Part shown: positions 61,291 to 64,000 of the stretch, in pieces
Layout of the letters: every line of letters starts with the position of its first letter
How positions within the stretch are numbered: the stretch's first letter is position 1
DNA from: Felis catus
Lineage: Eukaryota
Length of the DNA: 64,000 nucleotides
Assembly (NCBI RefSeq): GCF_018350175.1
Contig: NC_058373.1
Location: 115,198,001-115,262,000, forward strand
Direction: 5' to 3'
Notes under the pieces: generated by a model
Database searches by the model: none
What the model was told of the DNA's origin: nothing
Seen by the model: the letters and a program-made list of their open reading frames with translations, nothing else
Position numbers and translations under genes: made by a program

Positions 61291-61821
61291 ACTGTAAATA
61301 ACTTGCCCTGGGGGCCTTTTTTAAAAACACACACACAAAAATTCCCAAACCATACTTGCTAAAAATTCTGGTAAGTATGTGCTTTTCTGTGGGGGGGTTG
61401 GGGGTGGGATTTGGAGGGGGGTTGGGTTGGGCTGGATATCTTTGTAGATGTGGACCACCAAGGGGTTGTTGAAAACTAATTGTATTAAATGTCTTTTGAT
61501 AAGCCTTCTGCTCACATTTTTGTGAATGTCTGAAGTGTATAGTTTGTGTATATTGAGAGAGCTCTTTTATAACTAAAGCAAATTTAATTTTTTTGTACTA
61601 GAAAAGATTTGAACATTTTAGTTCTTGGTTATTCAAATATGTTAATTCAGAATTAGTTTAATGCCTCAATTAAACTAATTAATAGCTTTGGACACTTAAA
61701 AGAGCTCTAAATTTGCTTGTACATAAAGGCTTGAGTTTTCCTTGTTAGGGTCAAGGGTGTCCTCCCACCCACCCTTTAACAGCTGCCTGACGACACGTTA
61801 AAGCAGCTGTTTGTTATTGAT

Positions 61822-61827
61822 AATAAA
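61822..61827 (+). terminator. Putative SRSF5 polyadenylation signal AATAAA
   Basis: AATAAA followed by GU/U-rich ttttgtctgtctgtctg. Variant signals lie upstream (ATTAAA 61669-61674, CATAAA 61722-61727). Confidence 0.6.
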
Positions 61828-62959
61828 AGATTATAAAACTGCTTTTGTCTGTCTGTCTGAAGGACGAATGCGGTTTACTCCTCCCTCCCCATCTACATTC
61901 AGCACATTTAAAATGCCTTTATAGAGAATCCTGGAGTTTGGTGTGGTGGGTTTTTTAAATTTTTTGAAAATTTAAATCTTGCTATTTCAGGGCTAGTCAA
62001 AACTGGGGCAGAGAAGACCGTGAACTGTTCAAAATAATGGTAATTGTTGTTTTGGTTTCCTGTGTGTGACCTTCCATGCTCTTTCTCTTTATTACTGTGT
62101 TGTATCGACATCAGGTTGTTTAGGCTTCCGTAGCCAAGAGAACGATAATTTGGGAAGGAAATTATAAAAATTTGTTTTTATGTGTTGTATGTAATTTTGA
62201 AGGTCAGAGGTGATCACAGCTTATTTTAACTCCACGTACAAGAGTGCTTTAAGAGGTTTCGTGTTTCTTGCTTTCAATGCTGTGACATGGGTGTGACCGT
62301 ATGTTAAGGGGAAAACAGTTTACTAGAGAAGACTGCTGAAGGTTCTACACCCGTTTTTGTTCTGGGAGCCTATATGTGTAGATGATGAGTGCTGTTAATA
62401 GTTTCTTCTAGGACTCCCTAGAGACTGCTTAGATTCTCTTGGTCCCATGCAGGAGTGCTGAGTTGGATAAATGGTAACAGTGAGTGACACGTAGTAGCCA
62501 GATACTCTGACAGTTGTCTTCCCTGTGTGTTCTTGAATCTCAGTTACTTCCTACATACAAGAACGCATCTTCTAGGAGTGAAATTAGGGCCAAAGAAGAG
62601 CAAGTAAGTGGTGAACTAGTATGGGCATTGGAGTCCAGTTCCCCAGAACCCAAGCACCACGTTTTCTTAGTGTAGACAAATCTGCCTTAGCCTTGCAGGG
62701 GTTTTTTTGAGGAAAACAGTTGGAAGTACCAATTGGCTTTCCAGAAGTGTGGGCATTGGGTAGTGGGACCCCATTTGGGGGGATAGGTTTGAAAGGTTTT
62801 TGGTATACATTTGCTTCTCATACCCCAGACTAGAAATTGAGGCCAGAAAATGGGAAGCTGAACCTTCTACCATGAATGAGATGATGGATTTTAGGGAGAG
62901 TTTAGTATGCTTGTTTGTTTACTGAGGTGGAGGCATGTGGAAATCAGTGGAACCTAGAT

Positions 62960-63074
62960 TTTTTTTTTCTTTTTTTTTTAAGATTTTATAAGTAATCTTT
63001 GCACCCAACGTGGGGCTTGAACTCTGAACGAGGTCAAGTCGTGTGTTCCACCAGCTGAGCCAGCCAGGCGCCCC
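62960..63074 (-). mobile_element. Short carnivore SINE
   Basis: Poly-T tail and ...cagccaggcgcccc head. Confidence 0.75.
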
Positions 63075-64000
63075 AGGTTCTTTTATTGGGTTGCTTCGGA
63101 AGGCTGCAAGTCCGCCAGAAGTTAATGTCAAATGGAAAGAGACAATTTTTTTGTTCTTTGGTATGATAGATGTAACTGGGTAGTATGGTGTAGATACTTC
63201 TTGATATTTTACCAGTTGACTCTATTCTGATAGTTTTTCAGTAAATGATAGCCGTGGCTTACCATTTTAATATTAACAAACATTTGTTACACAGTGAAGC
63301 AATAAAATATAAGGCCCTTTGAGCAAATGGGAGGTGACTGGGAGTTAATTTGAACCAGCAAATAAACCTGAATTCCCAGATCCAAGACCTGAGAAATAGA
63401 GGAGTGTGTTATTCTAAGCAAATTTAGGGCCAGAGTTTGTGGGACATGTGTTAACTTTTTTCTTTATATGTTCCTGTTATCTAGTCCTCAAAATCTAGTC
63501 CTTTAAAAGGACAATTTGAGGGTAGTAGGTCCCAAGTCCAGCCTTCCTTTCATGAAAAAACTATTCTGCTTAACCAAGTTTCCTAGCAGGTGAGGTCGGC
63601 TGGGTGGTAGACAAAATCATTTGAACAGTTAAGTTTAAGAGAATATGTAAAAGTGGTAGGTGGATAGACCTTTTCACAGATTAAGAGCCTGTTAGTGACC
63701 CAAACTGGTGATTCTTAAACTTACTGTGGTATTGGGAGTACTGGTGGTCTTGGACATTGGCCAGAAGCTGCCTTAAAATTAACTTGGGTTTACAGTCAGT
63801 TGAACTTAATCATACTGAATGGCATGAAAATCTTAATTAGGCACGGTCTGCTATTTGCAAGGATGAGATGTTCATGAATCTAACGATTGTATATCAGCGT
63901 TATGTAAAGCATTTCATAGGAAATTTGAAATTTTAGAAATCTGATTTAAATAGAGAAACGACCCCTTTTGCAGTAGCTTGCAGCTCTCTGAGTTTTGAGG

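Noticed and set aside
1423..63074. Many recurrent short ORFs (MAQSVKRPTSAQVMIS...) and tRNA-like heads
   Set aside because: All are translations of tRNA-derived carnivore SINEs; they are not genes, tRNAs or a CRISPR-like array.
62000..64000. Possible 3' end of SLC10A1, the expected neighbour from human synteny
   Set aside because: No coding exon or other recognisable sequence of it is visible in the window.

Overview
Mammalian genomic DNA, almost certainly felid (cat-like), judged from roughly 50 tRNA-derived carnivore SINEs of the SINEC_Fc type. The window holds two genes, both on the + strand. At the left is the 3' half of SUSD6 (KIAA0247/DRAGO): three coding exons at 639-777, 5059-5486 and 7857-7882, then a ~4.2-kb 3'UTR ending near 12050. 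At the right is the complete SRSF5 (SRp40) gene at ~56890-61850, with a CpG-island promoter, 7 coding exons giving 272 aa, and a poison-exon/retained-intron region in intron 5. The ~45 kb between them is repeat-rich (SINEs, MIR, L2, old L1, MLT1 and ERV solo LTRs, hAT MITEs) and contains an RPL31 processed pseudogene split by a SINE. I found no convincing novel protein-coding system. The best leads are regulatory hypotheses. For SRSF5: a consensus 5' splice site in the 3'UTR, and an alternative exon-1 donor that would create an overlapping uORF. For SUSD6: an exon-skip frame that would swap LPSY for a PPxY-bearing tail, and four miR-124 seed sites. Between the genes: a divergent pair of CTCF-like motifs and a probable Tigger/pogo transposase fossil. 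Gene and repeat names come from recognition and were not checked by database search.
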